Of a stretch of DNA of 64,000 bases, positions 53,690-64,000 are shown one piece after another. Under the pieces are notes generated by a model that worked only from the letters and a program-made list of their open reading frames with translations, searched no databases and was not told the origin of the DNA. Every line of letters starts with the position of its first letter. Position 1 is the first letter of the stretch. A program made the translations under genes and the position numbers. Origin of the DNA: Anthoceros angustus (Eukaryota; Plantae; Anthocerotophyta); NCBI GenBank assembly GCA_010909165.1, contig MU008179.1, positions 186,001 to 250,000 on the forward strand, in the 5' to 3' direction.

Positions 53690-53712
53690 AAAGTGGAGTG
53701 TGTCACTAGCCC
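53690..53712 (-). repeat. Candidate right terminal inverted repeat (5'-GGGCTAGTGACACACTCC...) followed by candidate TSD TAA/TAAG
   Basis: Sharp junction with the interrupted copia integrase and an AT-rich subterminal region 53150-53690. The partner TIR is not in the window. Confidence 0.55.
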
Positions 53713-55627
53713 TAAGGAGACCTTGTTAGCATGGATAGGCCACAGTCTTGTATGGTTCTGTTCATGCGCTCTGCTCTGGTCACTGGGATGTGTGTGGGTG
53801 ATGACACACTGCTGATCCGTGGTCTCTGCATGTAGGCCCGGTGAGAGTTGAACTCACCTCGCCATCATATGTATGGAGAGTAGCTTGTCTCCAGTTTGCT
53901 TTTCTGCCCAATTTTTGTAATCCTTCAGGCAGGTTAAGGTCTGTGCCTTGTGTTTTAACAAGTATATAACTGTAAATCTGGAGAAGTCATCTATGACTGG
54001 CATAAAGTAGAGGTGGCCAGAGAGGGATCTCTTAAAAGGGCCACATAGGTCTGTGTGTATTAATTGCAGTCTTCTGGTTGCTCTTGTTGTAGACCCTTTA
54101 GGAAAGGGAGAGCGATGACTTTTGCCAAGAGAGCAAGCCTCACAGATGCCAAATTCCTCAACTTCGGTGAGTGGGATACCGTTGACTGCTTGTGTAGATA
54201 ACATATCCTTCATTCGCTGCATATGCATGTGCCCAAGTCGGGCATGCCATAAATAAGGCCCGACACAAGGCTGGTTGATGCAGAGAGAAGAGTAATTAGC
54301 AGCTTGAGGGGTGGTGACGTTGAGGTGGTATAGGTTGTCAGCCTTCAAGTCCCCCGTGGCTATTAGATCCCCTTCTGGGGTCTCGATAATCTGATGACCA
54401 TCACCGGCACATAGCATCCGGATTGATCCACCTTGGGGATGAAATAATTCTTGGTCAAGCTGTAATGGTAACACGTCTGATATCTGTAGTGTCGAGTTGG
54501 GCTTGGTGTGCAGGTCCACTGTCCCATGGCCTGATATGGTGTGTTTGGAATCATCCCCAAGGCTAACGAAGTGTGGGGATGCTTCAGGTTGTATGTGGCT
54601 AAAATATTACGTATGGGGTGTCATGTGTCATGCTGGAGTCTATGTACCACGTGTGTGAGCCTTGGGCTGCTAGGCAGGAGGCTACTAAGGCTGAGCCGTT
54701 GGAGGGTGAGGAAGGCGAGCTGTAGCTAGTTAGGAAGGCCCTCGAGTGGCGTTTTATTGTCAAGGCTAATGGCCCTGTGGGTGGTAGGTATCTTTGATTG
54801 TTGTTGTTAACCATCCTTTTTCTGCACTCTTCGTAGATGTGCCCGGGTATTTTGCAGTAACCACATATTTTCTTCCATTTGAGATTGTATGTGCCTCTGC
54901 CCTTGTTTAAAGCACCTCTTCCTCGAAAGGATTGTCCTCTGAATGGGGGCCTGCCTCTGCCCCTTGATCTGCCGCGACCCGAAAAGAAGGCATTTGAGGT
55001 CTCTGTATGGAATGATGTAGCTGCCACTTTCCTGCGAGCTTCCTCTGTGAGCATGGAGCTTATGACCTTGTTGACTGTGAGTGGGGATACGCCTTGCAGG
55101 GACTGTACTATGGATACCCATGATTCGGGTAAGGTAGTCAAGAGGATCGCTGCTGAGAGGTCCTCGGTCATGGAGAAGCCAGTCGCTAAGAATTTTGCGG
55201 TCCAGCTGCGGAACATCATCACGTGGTGGTCAACTTGGTCTCCCTCGGCCATTCGAAGGCCGAAATAATTCTTCAAGGTATGCACAGTGTGCATAATATC
55301 GCTGGCTGCGTACATTTCGTGCAGCTGCTTCCATGCTTAGGCTAATGTTTCAGCTCCTTCGATTTGCTGAACGTTGCTATGTCGCAATGACTGCATAATT
55401 ACATTTTTGGCCTGTTGGTTCTTTTCATCCCATGCTTCCTTTTCTGCTGAAGTGGCAAATGAGCCTGGGTGTGGAGTGACCACTGGAGGAGTGCCGACGC
55501 CCCCAACGTAAGCCCATAGCTTTCTCTCCATCAAGATGTTGGTAATTTGAAACTTCCATACTGCGAAGTTATGTTGTTGGCCGTCGAAATGGTCTTCCTT
55601 GGACAAGGAGATCGTGGAGGTAGACAT
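53713..55627 (-). pseudogene. Copia B gag-protease-integrase
   Basis: FDGQQHNFAVWKFQI, LLTTLPESW, CGYCKIPGHIYEEC, WYIDS, LWHARLGH, CEACSLGK, IHTDLCGP, IDDFSR, AERMNRTI. Confidence 0.92.
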
Positions 55628-56362
55628 GTTGGGAGCAATTTTATTTGTGGCTACAGGCGAATAGTTGTGTGCCTGAAGATGTGTTCTATTTCTAGTCTCA
55701 TTGTGATAGAGATTAAGTATGTTTTGGTCGTCATTGTGCCTGGTTCTGCAGGGTTGTAATCAAGGGCTGTGAGTTTCTGAAGGATATCTTGCTGGATTGA
55801 CTGGATTTCTTGTTCTGAAGGTATGCTAATTAGGTTGTGCTGTCTACATATACTTGATATGTGTGCTGCAATTTTGTCTTTTATGTGTGGGATAGAAAGA
55901 TGCGATGTGATTTGGAATTGTAAATTGTAATCATGGATCGTCATGTCGTGAACAAAAAGGGTACTTGGATGTATTCCCAATCGTATTCAAGTGGGTCAAG
56001 AAAACCACGCAATAGTAGCTCCTCTCCGGTTAATAGGAGTACGGAGCATACGCGGAACCAGGCGTAGTGCAGCAGGTTCTCATTGGCTTCTTTTAGAGAT
56101 GTTTGCTCTCTTTGGATTCTGGCAATTTCTAATTGTGCTGCCAGTCTGTTGGTCCTTGCTTGTAGACGTCGGCGTCTCTGTTGGCCTGGCATTGCTCATT
56201 AGGGAAGGCAGTTCGCCTGCTCTGATACCATGTGAATGGAGCAAGAGGCAAGAGCGATGGATGTTCAGGCGGTAGATTTTGCATTAGATTGAAGCGTAGA
56301 AGGTTTGCACCTTTGTGCAGAGTCAAGCGTCATGAGCGAAATGCTGTGTGGTTGTAGTTTCA
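53713..56362 (-). mobile_element. Ty1/copia element (family B), 5' half, interrupted in integrase by the DNA transposon
   Basis: PBS TGGTATCAGAGC at 56219-56230; probable short LTR ~56231-56362 (far end uncertain). Confidence 0.88.
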
Positions 56363-56743
56363 CTTATGCTCGTTGGTATCCTGACCTAGGATGAACCGTG
56401 CCCTAGTAGGCCTTAATACTATTAATAATAATAAACAGGAGATCCTCTTTACGTTGCACTGTTCCACCGGGTAGATGACCCGGAATCATTTCACCAAAAA
56501 GCTCACGCCACCTCATGGAGAAACTTTTCACCGGACATTCCCATTCCCGGTCACAAGCCTACTGCCTCTCGAGGCTTCGTTCTTCGCCAAAAGATGCACA
56601 CCTTGGAATCAGGCAGGGTGTAGTAGTTCCTCGACAATCCGTTATCCCACCAATTTGAGTCCTGAAATGCAACGCTCCAGGCTCCAATCAATCGGACTCG
56701 CATGGGCTCAACGTCCAAGTCCTCCCTGGCTTGCAAGGTTGAG

Positions 56744-56820
56744 AAAAAAATTTGGACCATTTCTCGATTACTGCGTGTCATCCTTGCGCAGGGCCATGCT
56801 AATCTTCTTTTAATTTTATC
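56744..56820 (-). ncRNA. U6: U6 snRNA, 3' part (disrupted gene; ACAGAGA-box region deleted)
   Basis: Minus strand reads GATAAAATT-aaa-AGAAGATTAGCATGGCCCTGCGCAAGGATGACACGCAGTAATCGAGAAATGGTCCAAATTTTTTT, matching plant U6 through its T-run terminator. Confidence 0.93.
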
Positions 56821-58930
56821 AACAACAAAAACAACTTGATTTAATGTCTACTAGGTAGAAAAATTACCATGGGATAGAACTTGTATAAATTGGATGAAGG
56901 AGGGTGTACACATAAGTACGTCTGAACTAGAGAAACAGAAATAGGGAGAATAAGAGGTGGAGGATTGACAAGAAAGTTATAGGGGGCAAAGCAAGGACAG
57001 CCTGTGATAAAGCATCTCAGAAAGACATAGAGCAGAGAGCTTGGGAATATGAAAAAAAAGCGCTGCAAGGAAAAACCTGCACACTCAAGAAGGAAGGATA
57101 GAGTATTCGGCCCGGATGTCGTTAAAAGCAGGGAAATAAAATAAACAGTGCATTTCGCATTAGGTGTGAGAAGAACAGAGCCTGCAAATGCGACCTTCCC
57201 GAGAAGGGGCTGTCTCAACCCGGAGCTGATGGAAGCTGACACGAAATTGACCAGTTAAAGAGAGAATCTTGAAAGACATGGGGACCTAAGGCAACGTGGC
57301 AGTTTCGGGAAGCTAGAGAGAGAGAGAGATCACAAGAAAGTGCTTCTTACAATACAGAAGCATGGTGGAAAGAGGTGTTGTAGAGGGAATAGGGTACCAA
57401 GTAAGACGAAGGTATCGAAATTTAATTGCCTTACGGATAAGGTGGTTAGAGGTAAAAGATTCCAGACCTCATCAGCGTGAAGCAGGATGGAGCGGGCGGT
57501 GGCAAGTGAGCGATCGGGAGAGAAGCCAAAACAAATGAATACAGAGAGTATTTTCTATTGAGCATGATGATACATATATACAGGTCCAGTAACAGTTTGT
57601 AACTGGCGCAACTACATCCATAATTACTCTAACTGCTGGATGAGAGTAATTCACCCCTATCTACCATTATTCCCACTTAGTTCGCATGTAGTCGATGAAA
57701 CCAGATTCAGAATCTCAATTGAAATCACCCGGCACGGAACCAAATAGGAAGTAAATGGCACATGCTAAAGACAGCTTCAAATGAGTACCACAAAACACAT
57801 GGTGCCCAAGGAACTCTGAACTTCACGCCTAGTTGTCTTAAAAGGGAAAATGGAAAGAACACTGATGCAGTAGAGCGGCTCCTTGCAGCAATCTTCAACT
57901 TGATCTTCTCAAACGCCTAGTCTCGCGGCCATACTTGAGTTGTGGTAGAGATGTTGAGCTCGCAGCCAGGTTTGAAATGCCTTGGATGTGAAAGATACTG
58001 AGTACCTTCATGCAAGTTCACCAAACACCAAGCAGGTTTCCATGGCATGTATTGTGAAGAAAGCAAACTGGTGCAATTCGCTCCTCTCGATGTCAAACAA
58101 TTGGTGGAAACGCCAAAAGCAAGGGCCACCAAGAAGAAACAGGAAATCTACAATTCCTCAGTCGCCCATTCCAAGTGTATGATGCCTCCCATGCTGATGT
58201 CTTCAGGCTTGGTCCTGTGGGAATGTATTCCACAAATACCTCCTTGTTGTTTGCAGCATGTCGAATGAAATGGTGGGCAATCTCTATATGCTTGGTTCTC
58301 GCATGGAAAACGGGATTGCGAGAAAGAGCTATAGCAGACTGGTTGTCACATAATAATCGTGTTGGTCCAGCTAGGAGTTGGCCTAAGCCCTTCAGAAAAT
58401 TGCGAATCCACAATATCTCCCGAGCTGCTTGTGTCATGGCTCTATACTCATACCTCAGTGCTTGAAAGACAGATAGTAGGCAACTTCTTACTCGACCATG
58501 ATACTACTGAGCCTCCAAGGAAACAACAGTAGGCAACCACACTTCGCAACTACTCTAACGTCTGGTTGACAGTAATTCACCCCCATCTACCATTAAGAGG
58601 GAGGTGTGGAGGGGGATCGGGTAATTGAAGGGTTGCCAAACAGGGAGAGTAGAAGGACTAAAGTGGTATCGCTTCAGCCACATGGAGGCCTTGGCATACC
58701 AACAAGAAATAGAGCCATTAGCCCAGAGAGATCTAGACGACCGAAAAACAAAGAGAAGGTAAGGAGGGAGGTGAGGGTTTTGTTGATCAAGAAGGTGGAG
58801 GCAGTAAAAGAAAGAGGAGAAACGGAAGAGACCATCCAGTTCTAAGGGAAAGGCAGCAAATTCACGAAGAGGGGTAGAGCGCAAATAGGGTGCATATAGG
58901 CAGGCTCGTCCTTCACCAAGAAGGAGGCTA
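56821..58930 (-). mobile_element. 5'-truncated RTEX-like non-LTR retrotransposon (3' part), interrupted by a copia fragment
   Basis: Post-RT peptide RSTP..EF.AFPLELD.L...WYAKASMWLKRYH (58600-58900), Zn finger QFRVSFHQLRVET..REGRICRLC...EMH...PAFNDIR (57110-57255), (GTT)n-like tail at 56821-56835. Confidence 0.7.
57536..58594 (-). mobile_element. Copia 3' fragment (RNase H, PPT, 118-bp 3' LTR at 57536-57653)
   Basis: VSWSSKK..ICLSSTE.EY, CDNQSAIAL.RNPVFHARTKHIEI..HFIR; LTR TGAAT...ATTCA with TATA. A second PPT+LTR-start copy lies at ~58549-58594. Confidence 0.85.
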
Positions 58931-59162
58931 TCCCGAAGGAAGAGCACTTTTTCCACCTTTGGCCAAAAGAAGCTGTCCCGAAGGACGACGATCGGATAGT
59001 GTCCCGAAGGACCGAAGCACGATCAGAATCGGGACACCATACTTTTTCCGCCTTCGGGACAATCAGATGGTGTCCCGGTTCTTCACCATACTTTTTCCAC
59101 CTTACGCGGCAAAGAAAAGGGTTGTCCCGAAGGACGATTGGACCGGGTCCTGGAGCTTAACT

Positions 59163-59318
59163 TGGCGTCCTTGTGGACAAATTGGCAGTCTTTGGGAACT
59201 CAATGGCAGTCCTTGCGGACTAATTGGCGGTCATTGGGATATCAGTGGCAGTCCTTGTGGACTAAATGGCGGTCTTTGGGAGATCAATGGCAGTCCTTGC
59301 GGACTAATTGGCGGTCTG
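59163..59318. repeat. Tandem repeat with a 42-bp unit (2x21 bp), ~3.7 copies
   Basis: TGGCAGTCCTTGCGGACTAAT / TGGCGGTCTTTGGGAGATCAA alternation. Confidence 0.9.
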
Positions 59319-59321
59319 TGG

Positions 59322-59337
59322 TGTCCCGAAGGACGAC
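59322..59337 (-). ncRNA. U6: U6 snRNA 5' stem-loop (5' part of the split gene)
   Basis: GTCCTTCGGGACA (UUCG hairpin; compare plant GTCCCTTCGGGGACA) placed correctly downstream of TATA and USE. Confidence 0.7.
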
Positions 59338-59358
59338 AGCCTTACATGGAGTTTGGTC

Positions 59359-59400
59359 TATATAACGTAGTAAAATATTGTTTAGGAAAGATATGGGTTA
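59359..59400 (-). promoter_or_regulatory. Plant Pol III snRNA promoter: USE-like AACCCATATC (59390-59399) plus TATA TTATATA (59359-59365)
   Basis: Positions about -65/-56 and -31/-25 from G at 59334; the 24-bp USE-TATA gap matches the Pol III type. Confidence 0.7.
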
Positions 59401-59604
59401 AATGATTCGAAGACACTTCGCATATTTCGGACATCCATGAGCTCCTTGCGCCACAATCCAGAGTTGACAGCCTGAAGTTCATCGAGTACTCTGCGGACAT
59501 CCACGAGCTGCTGGTGCACACCGCCCCGGATGCCAGATCTGAAGCCGTTCTTTTTCTCGCTGACAGCGGCTTGAACCTGGCCAGCATCGTTCAGCCCTAT
59601 TCCT

Positions 59605-61432
59605 ATGTCGGATTCACGGGCTCTACAGGCATGCGCGAGGGAGAGGAAGAGAGGAGAGCTGGCTGCCAGGGCTGACGAGCGACATGCTCGCAGGGCTCCT
59701 GTCCTGAGATGTGGAAGGAGGATAGGAGAGCCGAACTTCTTCGCGACAATCGGGACAGCTCATGGCTCTTGGATAGCCCGGAGGACAGTCGGGGCGGTGA
59801 CCGGGATCGGGATCGGAGCCGGGCTTCCGGCAGCGGCAGCAGAGTCTCGGCCCGGCACGAGGAGAACCTTGCGCGCCGGGAGAAGCTCAAGGAGCTGCAG
59901 CGGAGTAAGTTGAAGACGCGGGAGAGCTTCTACGACAACGGCGGGGAGAGCAGCAGCAAGGATGCAGGTGGCGCAGAGAATGGCAAGGCGAATGGTGAGG
60001 GGCACGGCCCCGTGGAGCACAAGAAGAAGTACCTTCCCTTTGACAATTTCGGCTCCTTCTTCGGGCCGTCCGAGCGGGTGGTGCCCAAGCATGTGCTTGA
60101 GCAGATTCGTGCCAAAGCGGAGCAGGCCAGGATTGCGCAGATCGAGGGCAGGCCGAGGGTGGGTGGAGGACAGTCCGGAGATCTAAAGCCTGCCCCCAGG
60201 GAGCCTCCCAGGCCTCTTCCCAAGCCCTTCCCAAGCCCTCCCAAGGCTCCCCTCCCAGGCCTCCCACGCCCTATGTGAAGAAGAGACCTGCGGATGAGGC
60301 TACCAAGAAGGCTCTGGCTCTTAGGCAATCGCGGGACTACTCGTTTTTGGACTCCGACGAGCCTTTGAATGGGCCTGCTCCCAAGAAGGGCCCAGCTCCT
60401 CCCTCTCCTCCTGCGAAGAAGCCTTCCTCGGGAAGGCCTTCAACTTTGCCTTCAGGCCAGAAGCCTGGCGCTGTGCGGGATTTCAGAGATGCCAGGGATA
60501 GCAGGGATGCTAGGGATGCCAGGGATGCTAGGCATGTTGGATATGGCAGCAGGGATGGCAGTCGGGAAGGGTCTTCTGGTCATGCCGCCTCCAAGCAAAG
60601 GGTGCAGGTTGGGGGAGGAAGAGAGAGCACCAAAATGCAGGCACCTGCGCTGCGTACCAAGGAGTCTTTGGCTTGTTCTTCCAGGCTTCCACCGAGTTCA
60701 CGCGGCCAACCTACTGTTGCCAGGTCTGTGTCGAAGCCAGGTGCATCAAGTAAAGCTCCGGCGAGGGCTCCAGCAAGGCCAGGTGCATACCCGCCACCGA
60801 AAACTTCTGCTGCTCCCAGGCCTGGTGGGGAAAGGCCAGCAGTTTCCAAACCCTCGTGTGTAGGAGCAGGGAGTTCTGGCGGGGCTTCCCGGCCAGCTCC
60901 TGGTGGAGCCAGATGCAGTGGGGGATTGAAGGCTTCTGACCCCAGAGCTCGAATTGATTCGCGGAAGCCCGCTCCTCAGGATGCCAGGCGCATGCCAGCT
61001 GTTGCGCAACAAAGACCTAGCTGCCGGCCATCCACCTCCAGGCTTCCTGCTAGACATGTTGGTAACATGCAAAGACGGCCGCCCCGCACAAGACCCCGGA
61101 TGGAACCGCCTAGAAGGAGAGAGGATTTGCGACGCCCTTTCAACAGTGACGATGAGGATTCTATGGATGATTTTATAGATGACGGGGATGGTCCAGCTGA
61201 TTACTCCTCTATTATACAGAATTTGTTTGGACGTGGACGCAAGAGACCCATTTACCATGACTCTGACGATGAGGATGACAGGTGCATGGAGGTGGGATTC
61301 AGTGCGATAGAGGCAGAGGAAAGAAGAAGTGCTAGAATAGGTCGAGAGGAGGATCAGAGGGAGCTCGAGGCCATTGAAGCGGAGGAAAGGGCAGAGAGGC
61401 TTAGGAGGGAAAAGAAGAAGCGCAGATTGTAA
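59605..61432 (+). CDS. SPT2: SPT2-like chromatin protein / histone chaperone, apparently intronless, frameshift near 60250-60275 (start 59605 or 59709)
   Basis: KKKYLPFDNFGSFFGPS and RDYSFL motifs, plus the C-terminal SPT2 domain MDDFIDD...YSSIIQNLFG...DDRCMEVGFSAIEAEERRSARIGREED. Confidence 0.88.
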
Positions 61433-61549
61433 CACGCAGTCGCAATACATTTTTTTGGTCAACCTATTTTTATCTTCATTGTTTCGGTGGGTTCAACAGA
61501 GCTCGGTAACAGTCTTCAGGCAGCTTGACAGACAAAAACTTTGACCTCT

Positions 61550-63200
61550 CTGACCGTCCAACTGCCCGAGGCTTGTGCCTGCACAAGATGCTCATTGATA
61601 CCTGTGGCAGCCCATTCTTATTTATTGGAGGGCCGACTGGTTCCTCACTGGAGACATCATCCCGCTGGGCCACACCTCCTCATCTATCTATTTAGCACGA
61701 TTCATGAAGTTCACAAGTGGTTCATCAGTATCCTCTACACTGTCAAATCCGAAGGACCCAATACAAACCTGCCTGGCTTTCATCAGAGGTAGCCAACTGG
61801 GTCAAAGTGTCTCGCTCCCGACAAGGGGTTGCCAAGATCTTATAAACCCCGTGGCAGTGCTCTGAGGATTATACTCTCCCATTGCCTCACCGACTTTTTT
61901 AGACATTGGTTTCAGGAACTAGGACACCGCATTGGGCTGGCATGCTCGACACAGGCTGGACCTTCACTGGAGAAGTCAAGCCAACTCCTGAAGATTCGCC
62001 AGATCAAGGATTCACCACTGCAATAGCACATCCTCTCCTGATTCAAATCACTTACCCTGTCACTGATGATTTCCAGCTGCTTTGGCATACGCGCATTCCA
62101 GCTGTCCCTGTGAATTTGTTCCACAGGCGAATGGATATTGTGTGCTGGATGTCGACATACCTCGACGTCCGGGAAGGTATTCAATTGCCTGTTGTAGCCG
62201 GCATCCTCTCTGGCATCCAGCCGTGTGACCGTGCATACATACACGGCTGCACGGCTGGATGCCAGGCCTCTCCACAGGGCACAGGGCAGGTAGCTGAAAC
62301 GTCTACCTTCCAGCCATGCTTGCTCTGCCCCTCCCTTTTCCACAACTATGTTTAGGCAGGTACATTTGGGTAAAACCTGTCATCAGACTTGTTGGAACAG
62401 TGAATGTCGAACATGCTATTCTATGAAAGAGCATTTGGGCAACAGAATGTCGGGTGGGCCTCCATCCATATTCATACATGTATGTGTACAAACATTTTGT
62501 GGTAAACAGATCTATGTCGTAATGCTTGCTTCTCTTTCCCTATTTCCAGTCCACTACTATGTATAATGCAGCGTGCTCCATCCCCATGTTACATGTGTAA
62601 GGCTCCACGGAGAAAACGTGAAATTGAAGAGCCGCCTATGGCTCCTTCCAAGTTCCTACACATCACCATACCGCATCTGCAACATGTGTGACTCTTTGGC
62701 CGCATTTCAGCCTCACAGTCTGGTGGCACTTCACCGACAGGTTGTTCCATGCTGCGTAGAAGCACCTTCGTGGGTTTGCATTTGTCGCAGTTCTGGTTTG
62801 TTTTTTACATGCCCCTTTGGTGTTTTTCACATGCGCACGAGAGTGCATATTGAAAGCACCACAGTGCGTGTATAAAAACACCGACCCCGCCAGTGGGATA
62901 GCGGGCAGAAAGTCTTCCGATATCCACGAAGATGCCTTTGTAGAGAGAAGATTTGTCTACTCTGACCACAGGATCTGTGTGGAATCCACTCGGATCAAAT
63001 ACGCCCTCCGACGTACCAAAGGACGATCGACATCGTGTACTTGCTCTAAATCTTGTCCAAGAGGTTGATGAATCCGAACCAAGTCTGTGAGAACGGAGGC
63101 TTTGGCCTGCACACCAGAGATTCACAGCCGTCACAGCCTCCGAGCACCTGAGACTGGTAGAGCACCACTGCACTGTCGCTGGTGTCTTTTCAGAAAGAAA
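61550..63200 (-). pseudogene. Possible degenerate Mutator-like transposase
   Basis: Ordered weak motifs MDG.(W)PTRHS, EKGGA, LD..DAG...FPDVEV..HPAH; many stops. Confidence 0.3.
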
Positions 63201-64000
63201 AGACTTTTCTGTGGTCTGCGGATAGTAAGCTGCGAGTTCCGAGGATTTTAACCCCAAGACCTCCAGTATGTACACACCAAGACAGCTGGTGCTGCGTGCT
63301 GCAGGAGCAGCCCTTACTCCTGATTGGCAATATATGGCTAACATGCCTAGAGGCATACATCGGGGGCTGGCCGTGTGTAGCTCCTCAGGGTGCCCTTTTC
63401 TATGCAAGAGAACTGACGTTAGGGCAGCTCGTCAAGGGAGAGCTTGGCAACTGGTTCCTGAATGCTCAAACCTGCTTTGACATACCCCAAACTCTTGAGC
63501 TCTTGCAGCAACCGTTTCTCTGCAAATGCCTGCAGCCAAACAAGCTCGACTGTGAGAAGAGGGCAAGTGACAAGCACCCTAGCTGCTTCAAAAACTCAGC
63601 TCGTCCGTCATTGCCTCAAGGGTCGGAGACTTGGAGGGTATGTTGGACGCCAGAACGATACTCCACCCAGTTCTCCAGGCTGCACACGAAAAAACATCAA
63701 CAGGTAAAAATCGGGCAACCCTACCGACCCGGCCCTGCCTTGCCCTGCCCTGCCCTGCACCAACATGAAGCACAACTCACCAAGCCTCCTGGCCGTGCTC
63801 GCTCCTGGACTATCAGCTCCTCCCCCCAGGAGCACAGCCAAGCTGGGGGCTTGGGCCTGGACCATGGCAGAAACACAGCCCTCCGTGTCAACACACACTC
63901 ACGACCGGGCCACATTCAGGAAGCAGCACAGTCGAGGCCATGACTAACCCACTTACATATCGAGTCGGCATAGACAAGTAAAGATTTCCTAGCCTAGCAG

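Larger units (their letters stand above)
1..53712. mobile_element. Large cargo-carrying DNA transposon (Sola-like/DUF7869-type transposase plus ParB-methyltransferase gene), expanded by duplications and nested LTR elements; left end outside window
   Basis: The same transposase and cargo sequences recur throughout. The right boundary ...GAGTGTGTCACTAGCCC|TAAGGAGACC abuts copia integrase coding sequence (minus strand AERMNRTIQDCGLSMLTRS), which stops exactly there. Confidence 0.75.

Noticed and set aside
56233-57653. Single 1.4-kb LTR shared by two copia elements (TGAAT...ATTCA)
   Set aside because: The interval contains U6 and LINE sequence; two separate short LTRs explain the ends better.
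59163-59318. Possible CRISPR array
   Set aside because: Head-to-tail 21/42-bp units with no unique spacers, no cas genes and a eukaryotic context.
63182-63943. 253-aa plus-strand ORF
   Set aside because: Non-ATG start and no recognisable motif; not supportable as a gene.

Overview
Eukaryotic, plant-type genomic DNA; the plant assignment rests on a USE+TATA U6 promoter, plant-like SPT2, copia/gypsy elements and an RTEX-like LINE, and a non-seed land plant is my inference. Positions 1-53712 appear to be one large DNA transposon (at least ~11.5 kb once collapsed). Its left end lies outside the window and its right end cuts a copia integrase. It encodes a Sola-like (DUF7869-type) DDE transposase on + and, head-to-head on -, a gene with a ParB/Srx-like domain fused to a beta-class N4/N6 (amino) DNA methyltransferase. 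It has been inflated by nested tandem duplications, most with junction microhomology, by a Ty3/gypsy element whose ~4.4-kb LTRs carry an ORF, and by a copia element duplicated within a 10.5-kb tandem repeat. To the right lie a second copia, a U6 snRNA gene split by an RTEX-like LINE fragment with iterated U6 5'-hairpin copies at the junction, an intronless SPT2-like gene and a possible Mutator-like remnant. Many differences between repeat copies in 1-53.7 kb sit at CAG/CTG. This suggests methylation-linked base-calling errors, so the genes may be more intact than they look. All protein calls are by-eye motif recognition across frameshifts; no database search was run and coordinates are approximate.
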